From Eledone cirrhosa (Eukaryota): a stretch of DNA of 64,000 bases. Position numbers and translations under genes: made by a program. Positions 14,338-30,398 of the stretch are shown piece by piece (the first letter of the stretch is position 1; each line of letters opens with the position of its first letter). The stretch lies in contig OZ024743.1 of the NCBI GenBank assembly GCA_964016885.1, positions 77,810,001 through 77,874,000 of the forward strand, read 5' to 3'. The notes under the pieces are model-generated. The model ran no database searches and was not told where the DNA came from. It was given only the letters and a program-made list of their open reading frames with translations.

Positions 14338-17300
14338 TCATCATCATCATCATCATCAACGTTTAACGTCCGTGTTCCACGCTTGCATGGGTTTGGACGG
14401 GGGTTTTCCCACTTGAGGCAAGAGTGATTGTCTTGCTCGCATAGGACTGTCTGGCAGGTTTTCTACAGTTGGATGCCCTTCCTAACACCAACCACATTTA
14501 CAGTGTGGGTCTGGGAGGTTTTTACCGTGTTGCCTACACGGCCACATTACAGCGTGGACTGTGTGTTTTTTTGTCGTGACACCTACACGATCTCATTTGT
14601 TTCGGCCTGGATGGCGCGGCACCAACATAACTTTACATAGGACGGGGTGGTGTGGATGGGTGGGGGTGGTGGCGGGACGGGGTGTATTTTGTTAGAGATG
14701 CCTACTGGCAAGGCGGGTCTTCTTTGTTACTTAGTACCGCCAAAGGTCTCGGTCCAGTGACATTGTCTTGGAGAGGTGTAAGTGTGTGAGGTCGGAGTTT
14801 ATCAGCTCGTCCCAGGTTTTTCTAGGTCTGCCTATTCCGTGGCTACCGTCTATCTTTATTGCCCTGCACTTTGTTATACAGCTATCGTCTTTCATGCGCA
14901 TCACGTGTCCATACCAACGTAGCCTTCTCTCGAGTAAACAACATCTGATCCCTCTTATCTCTAATTTTTTCCTTAGTTCGTTTATGCTTTGCCGTTCACG
15001 TATATTACTGTTACACATCCAGCGGAGCATGCAAGCTTCGTTCCTCTCTAGTCTGCGTATATCCTCTGCACACAATGCCCAGGTCTCACTGCCATGTAAC
15101 ATTGCTGTTCGTATGCAGGCATCGTACAACCTGCCTTTCATTTTTAGGGAGAACCCTTTAGCAGCTAATAGTGGTATAAGTTCTCTGAACTTTTTCCAAC
15201 CAGTTCTGACTCTAGCTACAGTACTTTCAGAGCACCCTCCCCCACTGCTGATTTTATCGCCCAGGTAACGGAAGCTGTCCACTATTTCTATAGAACCCTC
15301 TGCGCAATTGAAAGAGCTAGTATTTTGTGGGCACTTACTGCTACTTATTGCACCAGAACACCAGCCACATGTAAAATCTATGTTCTTAGTTAGCTTACCT
15401 GTGATCCCACTACATCTTTTATGCACCCATACTTTGCATTTAGGACATAAAATGGAGTTTCTACCTATGCCTTTCCTACACACCGAGCACGACCATTTCC
15501 CAGAAGGGACCGCCGCCTTGTTTTCTTTCCTACAAACTAGAACTTTGGTCTTAGCCAGGTTAATTTTAAGTCCTTTTGACTCTAGGCCGTGCTTCCATGT
15601 TTGGAATTTCTTCTCTAGCTCGGCCATTGATTCCGCTATGAGTGTCAGGTCGTCTGCGTATAGGAGTTCCCATGGGCAGCCTGTCTTGAACTCCTCTGTT
15701 ATAGCCTGAAGGGCAATAATAAATAGTAGGGGGCTGAGAACAGAGCCCTGATGGACGCCAACTTTTACGCTAAACTCTTCACTATATTCGTTGTTAATTC
15801 TAACCTTGCTGACTGTTTCTTTATACATGGCTTGTATGGCCCTCACAAGCCATTCGTCAACGCCTAGTTTTCTAAGAGCCCACCAGATAATGGAGCGGGG
15901 GACTCTGTCGAAGGCTTTCTCCAGGTCGACAAAAGCTAAGTAGAGGGGTTTACCTTTAGCTAGGAACTTCTCCTGTAGTTGTCGTACTATGAAAAGAGCG
16001 TCTGTGGTACTTTTGCCTGACACAAACCCGAACTGCATTTCATCTAGGTCAATTCTCTCTCTGATTAGTTGCGCTATTACTTTTTCCGTGACCTTCATGA
16101 CCTGGTCGATTAATTTAATGCCTCTATAGTTACTCCTATCTAGGGCGTCTCCTTTACCCTTATAACAGTTAACGATGATGCTGCTATGCCAGTCCTTCGG
16201 AACAACCCCATTCTGTACGACTTGGTTAACTATGCGGGTGACCATGGTGTGTCCCACCGTGCCAGATGCCTTCAGCATCTCAGCAACTATTTCCGAAGGC
16301 CCAGCCGCCTTACCCGTCTTCATATCCTTGATTGCCTTACTTATTATACTCCCCTCGACTAACACTGCTGGTCCCTCTATTGGGTCGACATGGGGGAGAC
16401 TGTCTTTCTCCCATTTATTCTCCTCATTTAGTAGCCTTTCATAGTGACACTTCCAAGCTACCTTCTTATCAGTGTCGGTGATGGCAAGTATGCCATCATC
16501 GTTAAGTACACACTTCTCCCCGACAATATCACGGTTTTCCTTGACGCATTGCCTAGCAATCCTGAACACCTCACGTTTTTGGTCATCGCGTTGTAGGACA
16601 TGCTTGAACTTTCTTTCCTCAGCTTCCCTTCTTGCTAAGTACACTTCTCTCCTAGCTTCCCTCCTGGCCACTTGATAGTCTACTCTACTTCCCCCATCCC
16701 ACCATACTTTCCAAGCCTGCTTTTTGGCCTTAATTGACCCCTCCACCTTACTGTTCCACGACCATGTTACTCTCCTCCTGCCTACAGGCCTGCTCCAGCC
16801 ACAGACTTCGTCTGTCGCCAACAGCAGGTTTGCTTTCAGAAATTCCCACTGTCCCTCTATATTGTCCGACTCTTAATGTTCTTCCTTACTGTCGAAAGCA
16901 TCAAGTAATATGTTTTGAAATTTATTTTTGGCTGCGGGGTCCTTTAGCTTCCATATTTTTCTCCTGAGGATAGTCCTCTTCTGCTGTCGAGTACGTCTCG
17001 TCCTGACTATGAGGTCGCTAATTATCAGTCTATGTTGGGAGGTGCATTCTTCATGGGGGAGGGATTTAGTGTTTACAACAGACACTCTGTCACGTCTTCT
17101 GGTAAGGATATAATCTACCTGGCTTGTGTGTTCCCCGGATCTATAGGTGATCAGGTGATTGTCACGTTTTTTGAAGTTAGTGTTACAGATAGTTAGGTTA
17201 TTTGCATCACAGAATTCCAGGATTCTGGAGCCTTCCTCATTTCTAGTACCAAACCCATAGCCTCCATGGATTTCGTCGTAGCCGTCACAATGTTGCCCAA

Positions 17301-18505
17301 CGTGACCATTTAGGTCGCCTGCAATAATTATATAGTCACTGTCAGATATTTGGGAGGTAGTGAGCATCAGTGTCTCATAGAATCTGTCTTTTATAGTGCC
17401 GGGCAGTCCGGATTGGGGTGCGTACGCAGATATTACTGTCACCGTAGTTCTATTGAGGACAAGTCGTATTTTAATTATTCTGTCGTTCACTCTATTTACG
17501 TCTATTATCTTATCTGCCCACTTTTCTGCTACCATGATTCCTACTCCACCCAGCCCATCGTCGTTTCCCACCCAGAAAAGCTTATAACATCGTTTTTTAC
17601 CCTCAATGAATCTAGCAGACCCACCCCTCCACCTGGTCTCTTGAATACAACAAACATCGACCTCCTTACGTTCAAGCATTTCTACAACCTCGTTAGCGCG
17701 ACCCTTTAGGGTGCCTACATTTATGGTACCAACTCTGAAGTTTTGGATCGCGTTTGGAGGGTGGGGGTGGTGGGGGGCGGGGGGAGATGGGGTTATGTTA
17801 GCCATCCGCGGGCGAAACAAAGAAGAGTGCTCGCATTCTCGTCCACGAGGTGAATTTGACTTTAGCATTGGCATTTTCGCTCTGAGCGTCCAGATTTTTC
17901 TCTCCCTTCCACTCTCCAGGATTCCGTAGTCCGTCCATCCATCCATCCATCCATCATATATCGAAGGCAACCGTGCAAGCGATAGTATAGGCCTCTGGCT
18001 TATGATTGGTCCGCGTAATAATAATAATGGTGATGCGTGTGGGGGGGGGGGGGGTCTCTGGCTTATAATAATAATGGTGATGCGTGTGGGGGGGGTCTCT
18101 GGCTTATGATTGGTCCACGTATTAAGAATGGTGGTGTGTGGGGGCGGGTGGGAGGGATGTGGGGTAGCTAGCTGGAAGGTTATGAATGTTTAACAGCGAG
18201 TAACAAAAAGCAAAACTGCAAGATTTGTTCTGTTCAATACGACAAAAACACCGTATTTAAACCTTAATAAATAACAAAAAATACAGATTTCGGATTTTGC
18301 GAGATTGGATGTTTGAACTATGTACGAAATTGTGGTGTGTGGAGTAGATAGGAAAAACGTGAACGTTACGATTACATGGTTACACCGTAGTAGGGGTAGT
18401 TGAAGCAGCAATTGTTTGGCGAAAGTGAATAAACATGAACGGGAATTTATCTTATATATATATATGTGTGTGTGTGTAGCTAAGAGAGAGAGAGAGAGAG
18501 TGGGA

Positions 18506-18563
<58 letters not shown>

Positions 18564-19186
18564 TGACCGCAACCCCTCGTGAAGAAGATGGTGGGTGAAG
18601 GGTGTATGAGCGGGATTTTTGACTTTCGAGGTAGCATGATATATATATTTAAAGTAAATTATAAGAAGTAGAATGGGAAGGATTTTTTTTTTTTTTGTTT
18701 TTTTTTTGTTTGAGAATACGATAGAATTAGGGAATTGGAGGATACGATAGAATTAAGAATGGGAAGGATTTTGTTTTTTGTTTGGGAATACGATGGAATT
18801 AAGGAATTTAAGGAATTGGAGAATACGATAGAATTAAGGAATTGAGGAGCTGGAAGGTTATGAATGTTTAACAGCGAGTAACAAAAAGCAAAACTGCGAG
18901 ATTTGTTCTGTTCAATACGACAAAAACACCGTATTTAAACCTTAATAAATAACAAAAAATACAGATTTCGGATTTTGCGAGATTGGATGTTTGGACTATG
19001 TACGCAATTGTGGTGTGTGGAGTAGATAGGAAAAACGTGAACGTTATGATTACATGGTTACACCGTAGTAGGGGTAGTTGAAGCAGCAATTGTTTGGCGA
19101 AAGTGAATAAACATGAACGGGAATTTATCTTATATATATATATGTGTGTGTGTGTAGCTAAGAGAGAGAGAGAGAGAGTGGGAAGG

Positions 19187-19227
<41 letters not shown>

Positions 19228-19517
19228 TGACCGCAACCCCTCGTGAAGAAGATGGTGGGTGAAGGGTGTATGAGCGGGATTTTTGACTTTCGAGGTAGCA
19301 TGATATATATATTTAAAGTAAATTATAAGAAGTAGAATGGGAAGGATTTTTTTTTTTTTTTTTTTTTTTGTTTGAGAATACGATAGAATTAGGGAATTGG
19401 AGGATACGATAGAATTAAGAATGGGAAGGATTTTGTTTTTTGTTTGGGAATACGATGGAATTAAGGAATTTAAGGAATTGGAGAATACGATAGAATTAAG
19501 GAATTGAGGAGCTGGAA
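14337..19517 (-). mobile_element. RTE-clade LINE, copy B (near intact), with tandemly duplicated ~665-bp 5' unit
   Basis: ORF track 16873-17970 (APE) and 14731-16821 (RT) are in the same frame; 5' units at ~18170-18850 and ~18850-19517. Confidence 0.95.
14692..17805 (-). CDS. RTE ORF: APE endonuclease + reverse transcriptase + PHD-like insertion (~1037 aa if two TAA stops are read through)
   Basis: RVGTINVGTL, CIQETRW, GDLNGHVG, DYIL, VGVHQGSVLSPLLF, LLYADD, GRPRKTW. In-frame TAA at 16873 (TTA in copy A) and 14731 (TCA in copy A). Confidence 0.9.
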
Positions 19518-19579
19518 TGTATATATATATATATGTATGTATATATATATGTATATATATATATGTATATATATATATG

Positions 19580-19628
<49 letters not shown>

Positions 19629-19639
19629 GTATATATATT

Positions 19640-20900
19640 ATAACTTTGAATAACTTTGAAATGTTTTGGCCAGTATTGGCCCAGGCCATGTCTAACGTAA
19701 TAGCACCACCTGGCGAAGTCTTTCAATTCAGGATTTGGGCACCATGGCCCATTCGAGAAGAGAATTACTGTTTGCGGAGACATATCCGGGTGTGGGTGGT
19801 TTGTCCGGGATTACTTGGAGGAATTTGTCCAAAGACTTCTTGAATTTTGTGTGGTCAGTTTCTGTTTTTACGTGTCCTGGTGTGATGTTGAAGAGAGCAG
19901 GGCCGATTGAGGTGAAATAATTGTGCCGTATTGTTGTTATGAGTTGCGATTTAGATTTTTGAATGGGACGGATAGCACGGGGCCCAAGCCTTGGGTGTAT
20001 CTTGAAGGCGATGCCAACATCATTTGGGCAGTGATGATGGAACATTTTCCACATCATGCAGATAATATAACGCTCACGGCGACGTTGGAGTGAGTAAAGT
20101 TTCAGGTTTTCTTGTCGACCCCAGTAGTCAAGGTCTGACATGCCATCTATCTTTTTCGTGATTGCCCTTTGAGGAGCTTCAAGTTTCATGATACTTTGTT
20201 TCGTGTGGGGAGACCACAGTGGACAACAGTATTCAAGGTGTGGTCGGGCAAAAGTAGAGAAGAGAAGGATAATGGTGTGGGAATCTCTCGACTGGAAGGT
20301 TCTGAGGATCCAGGAACACATTCTGCGGGCCATGTCAACTTTGCTGCTTATATGCGTGGCCCAGCTTATGTTGCTGTCCACGGTTACTCCCAAGTCTCTG
20401 ATGTTGTTAGATGCCACGAGAGTTTCCCCGGAGGGAAGGGAGTACGGGAGTTTCAGAGCATCCTCTTTTCCAAAGTGGATCAGTTCGAATTTGTCTTCGT
20501 TCAGTAACATGTTGTTCTTTTCCGCCCATTGGGTAACAGCCAGTAGGTCTGACTGAAGGCTTATCCGGTCATCCACGCCATTGATGACCTTTTGGAGCTT
20601 GGAATCATCAGCGAAAATTTTAATGTTGCTGTGTTTGATGATGTCAGTGATGTCATTAATATAGATGATGAAGAGAAGTGGGCCCAACACAGTGCCTTGT
20701 GGGACCCCACTACTGACTTTGGCTGGGCTGGATTTGACTCCTTCAACTACAACATGTTGGGTTCTATTTGACAGGAAGCTCTTGATCCACTGCAGCAGCT
20801 TTCCAGTGACACCAATATTGGACAGCTTTCTCAGTAGAATGTTATGATCAACCCTGTCAAAGGCCTTGCTGAAATCAAGGTAGATAACATCAGATAACAT
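19640..20900 (-). mobile_element. 5'-truncated CR1/L2-type LINE (RT C-terminal half, frame 19728-20900 open)
   Basis: [46 protein letters not shown]; tail (ttcaaagttat)2. The 5' part of the track ORF is microsatellite read-through. Confidence 0.9.
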
Positions 20901-20901
20901 G

Positions 20902-20948
<47 letters not shown>

Positions 20949-20961
20949 GTATATATATATG

Positions 20962-21046
<85 letters not shown>

Positions 21047-21073
21047 GTATATATATGTATATATATGTATATG

Positions 21074-21104
<31 letters not shown>

Positions 21105-21151
21105 GTATATATATATATGTATATATATATGTATATATATGTATATATATG

Positions 21152-21182
<31 letters not shown>

Positions 21183-21225
21183 GTATATATATATATGTAT
21201 ATATATATGTATATATATGTATATG

Positions 21226-21268
<43 letters not shown>

Positions 21269-21269
21269 G

Positions 21270-21301
<32 letters not shown>

Positions 21302-21345
21302 TGTATATGTATGTATATGTATATGTATGTATATATATATGTATG

Positions 21346-21376
<31 letters not shown>

Positions 21377-21423
21377 GTATATATATATGTATGTATATAT
21401 ATATGTATGTATATATATATGTC

Positions 21424-22027
21424 AGGTCACCACTTGGTGCTACTGGTAACATGTATCCCAGTACAACCTGTCTCATGGTCGGGTCGTTGGCGACTAAACT
21501 GGCAACCCCACCAAGGTTTCTTGGTGAGGAGGGTGACTTTGGACATCCTGCAGGACTAAAAACAAAACCTGTCAAAGGGCAAAGGAGCTCTTAAGAGTCA
21601 ATGGCCATCCAAAATCACTGGGAGAGATGACCCCTTAGCCTTTGTCAAGGCAGAATTCTAGGAGAAGGAAAACTCTGATATAACACCTGCAACCCTGATG
21701 GTATCCAATGATGTTGACTTGTTCTTCTTTTTGGTAAATATCATCTTGGTTAAGAGAGTGGGACTGGCTTTGTGCAGTGCCTTTGCTCACTATAAAAGCT
21801 TCACGGCACAGGCATTGCTTTGTATCTGGAGATCTCTCTGCACTTGTCGTCACATGGTACCAAAGGCAAAGCACTATGTGTCAATAATTGTCACAAGTGT
21901 AGTGTTTGTACCAGAGTTTTCAAGTCGCTGGCTGGACTAAAAAGTCACTCGTTCAGCGCATCGGTAGGGGTTCTCCTACATGGATATAAAGTAGTGGCCG
22001 TACTCGAAAACGAGTTGGCAGCCACCA
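21424..22027 (+). mobile_element. ~600-bp non-autonomous RTE/BovB-type derivative, copy 2
   Basis: Direct repeat of 5400-6007; [17 protein letters not shown] remnant. Confidence 0.7.
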
Positions 22028-25295
<3,268 letters not shown>

Positions 25296-25315
25296 TACAT
25301 TTATAAAACCATATT

Positions 25316-25381
25316 TATTTCCTTATATATATTTCAGGGATATCATATTAAAAATATGGTATGCCCTCTTCAGACAAAATA
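25316..25381 (-). ncRNA. Hammerhead ribozyme (inverted pLTR copy)
   Basis: Reverse complement of 25764-25829 with one stem-I change. Confidence 0.7.
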
Positions 25382-25412
25382 CAATATATACAGTATATAC
25401 AATATATACAAC

Positions 25413-25965
25413 ATAATAGATATTACTCGATCTACCTCTCCTTATTTATTTTTGTTTTTATTTCTCCCCGTATCCTTAACACTAAATAAATAAATAAATA
25501 AATAAATAAATGAATAATTACAGTACCCCCTTCCCTCATAGATCTCTCATTTGGTGGTTTTCTCTTTACATACATTTCTTCATCTTCTTCACCTTCCGCT
25601 CTTTCTTTTTCTTTTCTCCTTCTTTTTCTTTTTTCTTTTTTCCTATTTTCTCCGTCTTTCTTTCTAACCATCCTTAACATTTTCACTACCGTAACAACTT
25701 TTTAAATGGAAGTTGTAAATTCTAAGGTATGTCAAATTTATTTATAAAACTGTCTATATATTGTATTTTGTCTGAAGAGGGCATACCATATTTTTAATAT
25801 GATATCCCTGAAATATATATAATGAAATAAATATGGTTTTATAAATGTAGTTTCCATTTGTTTAATATTGTAAAATACTCCAAAACCTGTTGAGTGCTTT
25901 TATATCAGTTATAAAATATTTACTCGTTGTAACCCAACAATTTTAAATAAAACTTTTGCATATAT
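25413..25965 (+). repeat. 5' pseudo-LTR
   Basis: Near-identical to 29203-29748. Confidence 0.95.
25764..25829 (+). ncRNA. Type I hammerhead ribozyme in 5' pLTR
   Basis: tattttgt-CTGAAGA-ggg..catatt/aatatg..ccct-GAAA-t atat ATA-atgaaata; stem I is 8 bp with 2 GU pairs. Confidence 0.8.
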
Positions 25966-26008
25966 TTTGCTCCAATACTGTTTAGCGCTTTATATTATAA
26001 CTGAAAAA

Positions 26009-28243
26009 ATGGAATTCTTTAAGATCTCTTCTTCTCTATGAGACATACCTCTACCTAGAAACAAAGACTTTATTAAACAATTAATAAATAAATCAGACTC
26101 TTTTATAAGGAGAATCGGGTGGCGTGCATTCCACTTTGATAAATCTAATACAAATGAAAATGACTCAGACTTAGATAAAGTTTTCAAATCTAAAAAAAAT
26201 CCACCCCCCCAACAAACTTTTAATTGATTTTGAAAACGATATAATCTCTATCATACAAGGAGTCAAATTCAAGAGAAACTTCAAAGGCCAGGAATATCTG
26301 AAAAGCATTAAGGATAATATTGTGAGCTTAGAGAGAACAGAGAAGATCTTGGTGAAATCGGACAAAACCAACAACCTCTATGGACTGGATAAAGACATGT
26401 ATAATGGCCTCATACTGAAAGAACTAAGGAAAAAGTACAAGGTAGCAGATAAGGCTGAACTTGAGAAAATGAACGTTGAGGCATCTTGTATAATGCATGA
26501 GTTGGAAATTGAGAACAAAACACAACCTTTCTTGCCCAGGAAACCCAAGATCAATATGAAAGATCACAAAAGAAATTTTGAAAACGACTTGCCAGTCAGA
26601 TTGATTGCACCATCAAAATCTGACCTGGGTAAACTTAGCAAAAACATTCTAGACAGGGTGATACAGCAAATTAAGAACTTGAATTGTTCACCTAACTTAA
26701 GCTTGTGGAAGGGAACTGGAGAGGTTATTGAGTGGTTTAAAGAAATTAAATATAACAATAATAATAAATTTATTCAACTAGATATTGCTAACTACTATTC
26801 ATCTATTACCCGTAACCTACTAAATAAGGCACTAAATTATGCATTCAAACATACAGACCTAACTAGCAATGAAATGCACATTATACTATCGGCAAGAAAA
26901 ACATTGATAGAATTTAATAACCAACTATGGACTAGGGCAGATAGGGATAGCAATTTTGACATTACTATGGGATCATCTGACTCAGCTCAGGTAACAGACC
27001 TTGTGGGCCTATTTATAATTAATTCGCTGCATAGAAAAATACCCGGTGCTACCGGAGGATTATATCGAGATGACATGCTTTTACTTATTGAAAATAATAA
27101 CTCTGAACTAAATAGAAAAAGAAAACAAATTATACAATTTTTTTAATTACCTTAATCTAAAAATAGAAATTGAGAATAACCATAGAATAGTCAATTTCCT
27201 AGATGTAACATTAAATCTCAACACATGTCTTCACTATCCATTTCACAAGTTAAATAAAAACTTGAATTATGTCAACTTTAACTCCAACCACCCCAGATCT
27301 GTTAAAAATACTATAGTGAACTCTGTTCAAAAACGTATCTCTAGAATCTCATCTAATAAAAATATTTTCGACCAAAAAGCCCACTATTACAATGAAGCGT
27401 TAGCTAGAGCAGGATATAGTGATAAAATTATGTACATCGATAATAATAGACAAACTAACCAAAATAACAACAATTTTAATTACGGTAACAACTTTAACAA
27501 CTATAATAGAAAGAATTACAATAATTCCAAAAACCAGAAAAGAAATAGAACTAGAAACATAATTTGGTTTGCCCCCCCCCCCCCCCCCTTTCTCACTAAA
27601 CATTAAAACCCACATCGCTAAACTATTTTTTAATGCTCTTGACAAACGATTCCCTAGAACACATAAGTATCACTCAATTTTCAATAGACATACTATAAAA
27701 TTAACCTACTCGTCCACCAAAAATTTAGCACAAAATATTAATAGAATAAATAATAGGAATCTAAAACCTAGCCAAAATACCGATAATAGCATAAACAATA
27801 TTCAAGTAAACAACTGTAACTGTAGAGATAGATCTAAATGCCCGTTAAATAACAATTGCTTAGTTAAAAATATAATATACAACTGTAATGTTAAAACTGA
27901 CTTAAATTCTTTTAATTATGTTGGTTCCACCTCGACAGAATTTAAACTTCGCTATAATAATCACAAGAATTCTTTCACAGATCCAAACAAAAAATATTCA
28001 ACATCACTATCAGGCTTACTCTGGCAACTTAAACATGATAACGTTGGATATTCGACGGTTTGGAATATAGTCTCAAGAGGGATTCCTTTTAACTCCTCCT
28101 CTGAGACATGTGACCTCTGCGCGGAGGAGATATTCTTTATACTAAAATCTAAAAATTCCCTTAATTTACGGACCAATTTATTCAGTTGCTGCAGACATAG
28201 ATTGAACTCAACTTTTAAATATAAATATAAGTTTAAAATGTAG
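26009..28243 (+). pseudogene. PLE ORF (RT + GIY-YIG endonuclease), frameshifted at homopolymers
   Basis: DIPLP..FIRRIGWRA, VKSDKTNN, FIQLDIANYYSSI, ITMGSSD, GLYRDD, CNC..CPL..C..NIIY..YVGST..FKLRYNNH, CDLC..E..CRH. Breaks at C-run ~26204, T-run ~27138, C-run ~27572, and an early TGA. Confidence 0.9.
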
Positions 28244-29202
28244 TATATTTACTTAAGACTTTTAATTATTTTAAGAAAACTTGGCGATAAATCTTTCGAT
28301 TCCTTCAATTCTTTAAACCTTCTTCATGAATATATAATTAATAATGTAATTAAACTACCTTAAAACGGTGATGATCCAAATCTATTGAATAAAATTTTTA
28401 AGCTAGATAAACTTCTATAATAAATATAAGAGCATCTGTAGAACAACCGAGTATCCTAAAGTTTTTTTTTTGAATGATTTCTGCTAAATAAGTTTGGTGA
28501 ATAATTTTGGTTTTGTTTGCTTTTGACTCTGATTGCTTCTAATAAACTTGGCAATATTGTCAAATAAATTGGAGGGATTGATTGATATGCTGGGCACACT
28601 GTGTTTTTATTACGGCCCTAGATATTCTTGGGAGGAAAATATTCTCGGCGTTTTTAATATTTTAATATATTGATATCTGATCTATTCTATGCTTGTACGA
28701 TAATCATGTAAGAAGAGGCAAGAATATTATTATTATTAATAATGTATATTTTATGTATATAATCTTTTTAACGCAATGAAGATTTCCATGTGAAATAAAA
28801 ATTTACAGAGCTGATCATGTAAACTCACATGTGTCTATAATGTCAATTTGAGATAACCTTCTCTTTTTCTTTCTCTTTTCTCTTTTTTCATGAAAATACA
28901 TATATACTTATGTATTCCAGTATTTTTTGAGGTTTTATCTCAGATTTTGATTATAAACCTATGAATTTTTAAACTAAACATATAGTCATTATTTTTTCAC
29001 ACATTATTGATATGTGTCTCATTCATGAATATTGATGTTTACATTATAATTCATAGGAATTGATAGACTGATGAAACATAATATTTTAAAACTATCATTT
29101 TTGTTTCTAAGTATATCTCCTCTCCTCCTCCCTCTACTCTTATATCGGCTGTTTTAACTCTATCTCCTGTATATCACCCCTCCCCTATCTCTCCCACCTC
29201 GT

Positions 29203-29748
29203 ATAATAGATATTACTCGATCTACCTCTCCTTATTTATTTTTGTTTTTATTTCTCCCCGTATCCTTAACACTAAATAAATAAATAAATAAATAAATGAA
29301 TAATTACAGTACCCCCTTCCCTCATAGATCTCTCATTTGGTGGTTTTCTCTTTACATACATTTCTTCATCTTCTTCACCTTCCGCTCTTTCTTTTTCTTT
29401 TCTCCTTTTTCTTTTTTCTTTTTTCCTATTTTCTCCGTCTTTCTTTCTAACCGTCCTTAACATTTTCACTACCGTAACAACTTTTTAAATGGAAGTTGTA
29501 AATTCTAAGGTATGTCAAATTTATTTATAAAACTGTCTATATATTGTATTTTGTCTGAAGAGGGCATACCATATTTTTAATATGATATCCCTGAAATATA
29601 TATAATGAAATAAATATGGTTTTATAAATGTAGTTTCCATTTGTTTAATATCGTAAAATACTCCAAAACCTGTTGAGTGTTTTTATATCAGTTATAAAAT
29701 ATTTACTCGTTGTAACCCAACAATTTTAAATAAAACTTTTGCATATAT
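29203..29748 (+). repeat. 3' pseudo-LTR
   Basis: Near-identical to 25413-25965. Confidence 0.95.
29547..29612 (+). ncRNA. Type I hammerhead ribozyme in 3' pLTR
   Basis: Same motif as 25764-25829. Confidence 0.8.
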
Positions 29749-29777
29749 GTATGTATATATGTATGTATGTATGTATG

Positions 29778-29810
<33 letters not shown>

Positions 29811-29811
29811 G

Positions 29812-29854
<43 letters not shown>

Positions 29855-29953
29855 GTATGTATATGTATATATATATATATGTATGTATATGTATATATAT
29901 ATGTATGTATGTATATATATATGTATGTATATGTATATATATATGTATGTATG

Positions 29954-29998
<45 letters not shown>

Positions 29999-30061
29999 GT
30001 ATGTATGTATATATATATATATATGTATGTATATGTATATTTATATGTATGTATGTGTATG

Positions 30062-30094
<33 letters not shown>

Positions 30095-30203
30095 GTATGT
30101 ATATGTATATATATATGTATGTATATGTATATATATATGTATGTATATGTATATATATATGTATGTATATGTATATATATATGTATATATGTATGTATGT
30201 ATG

Positions 30204-30267
<64 letters not shown>

Positions 30268-30335
30268 TATATATGTATGTATATATATATATGTATGTAT
30301 ATATATATATATGTATGTATATATATATATGTATG

Positions 30336-30398
<63 letters not shown>

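Larger units (their letters stand above)
25296..29748 (+). mobile_element. Near full-length Penelope-like element with direct pseudo-LTRs and inverted 5' partial LTR
   Basis: pLTRs 25413-25965 and 29203-29748; inverted piece 25296-25393; RT + C-terminal GIY-YIG ORF. Confidence 0.93.

Noticed and set aside
19728-21575. 615-aa RT fusion ORF
   Set aside because: The N-terminal ~225 aa come from a neighbouring repeat and TA tract; only 19728-20900 is LINE coding
26039-26041. In-frame TGA in the PLE ORF as selenocysteine recoding
   Set aside because: Not at a conserved Cys position and no SECIS identified; more likely a nonsense mutation
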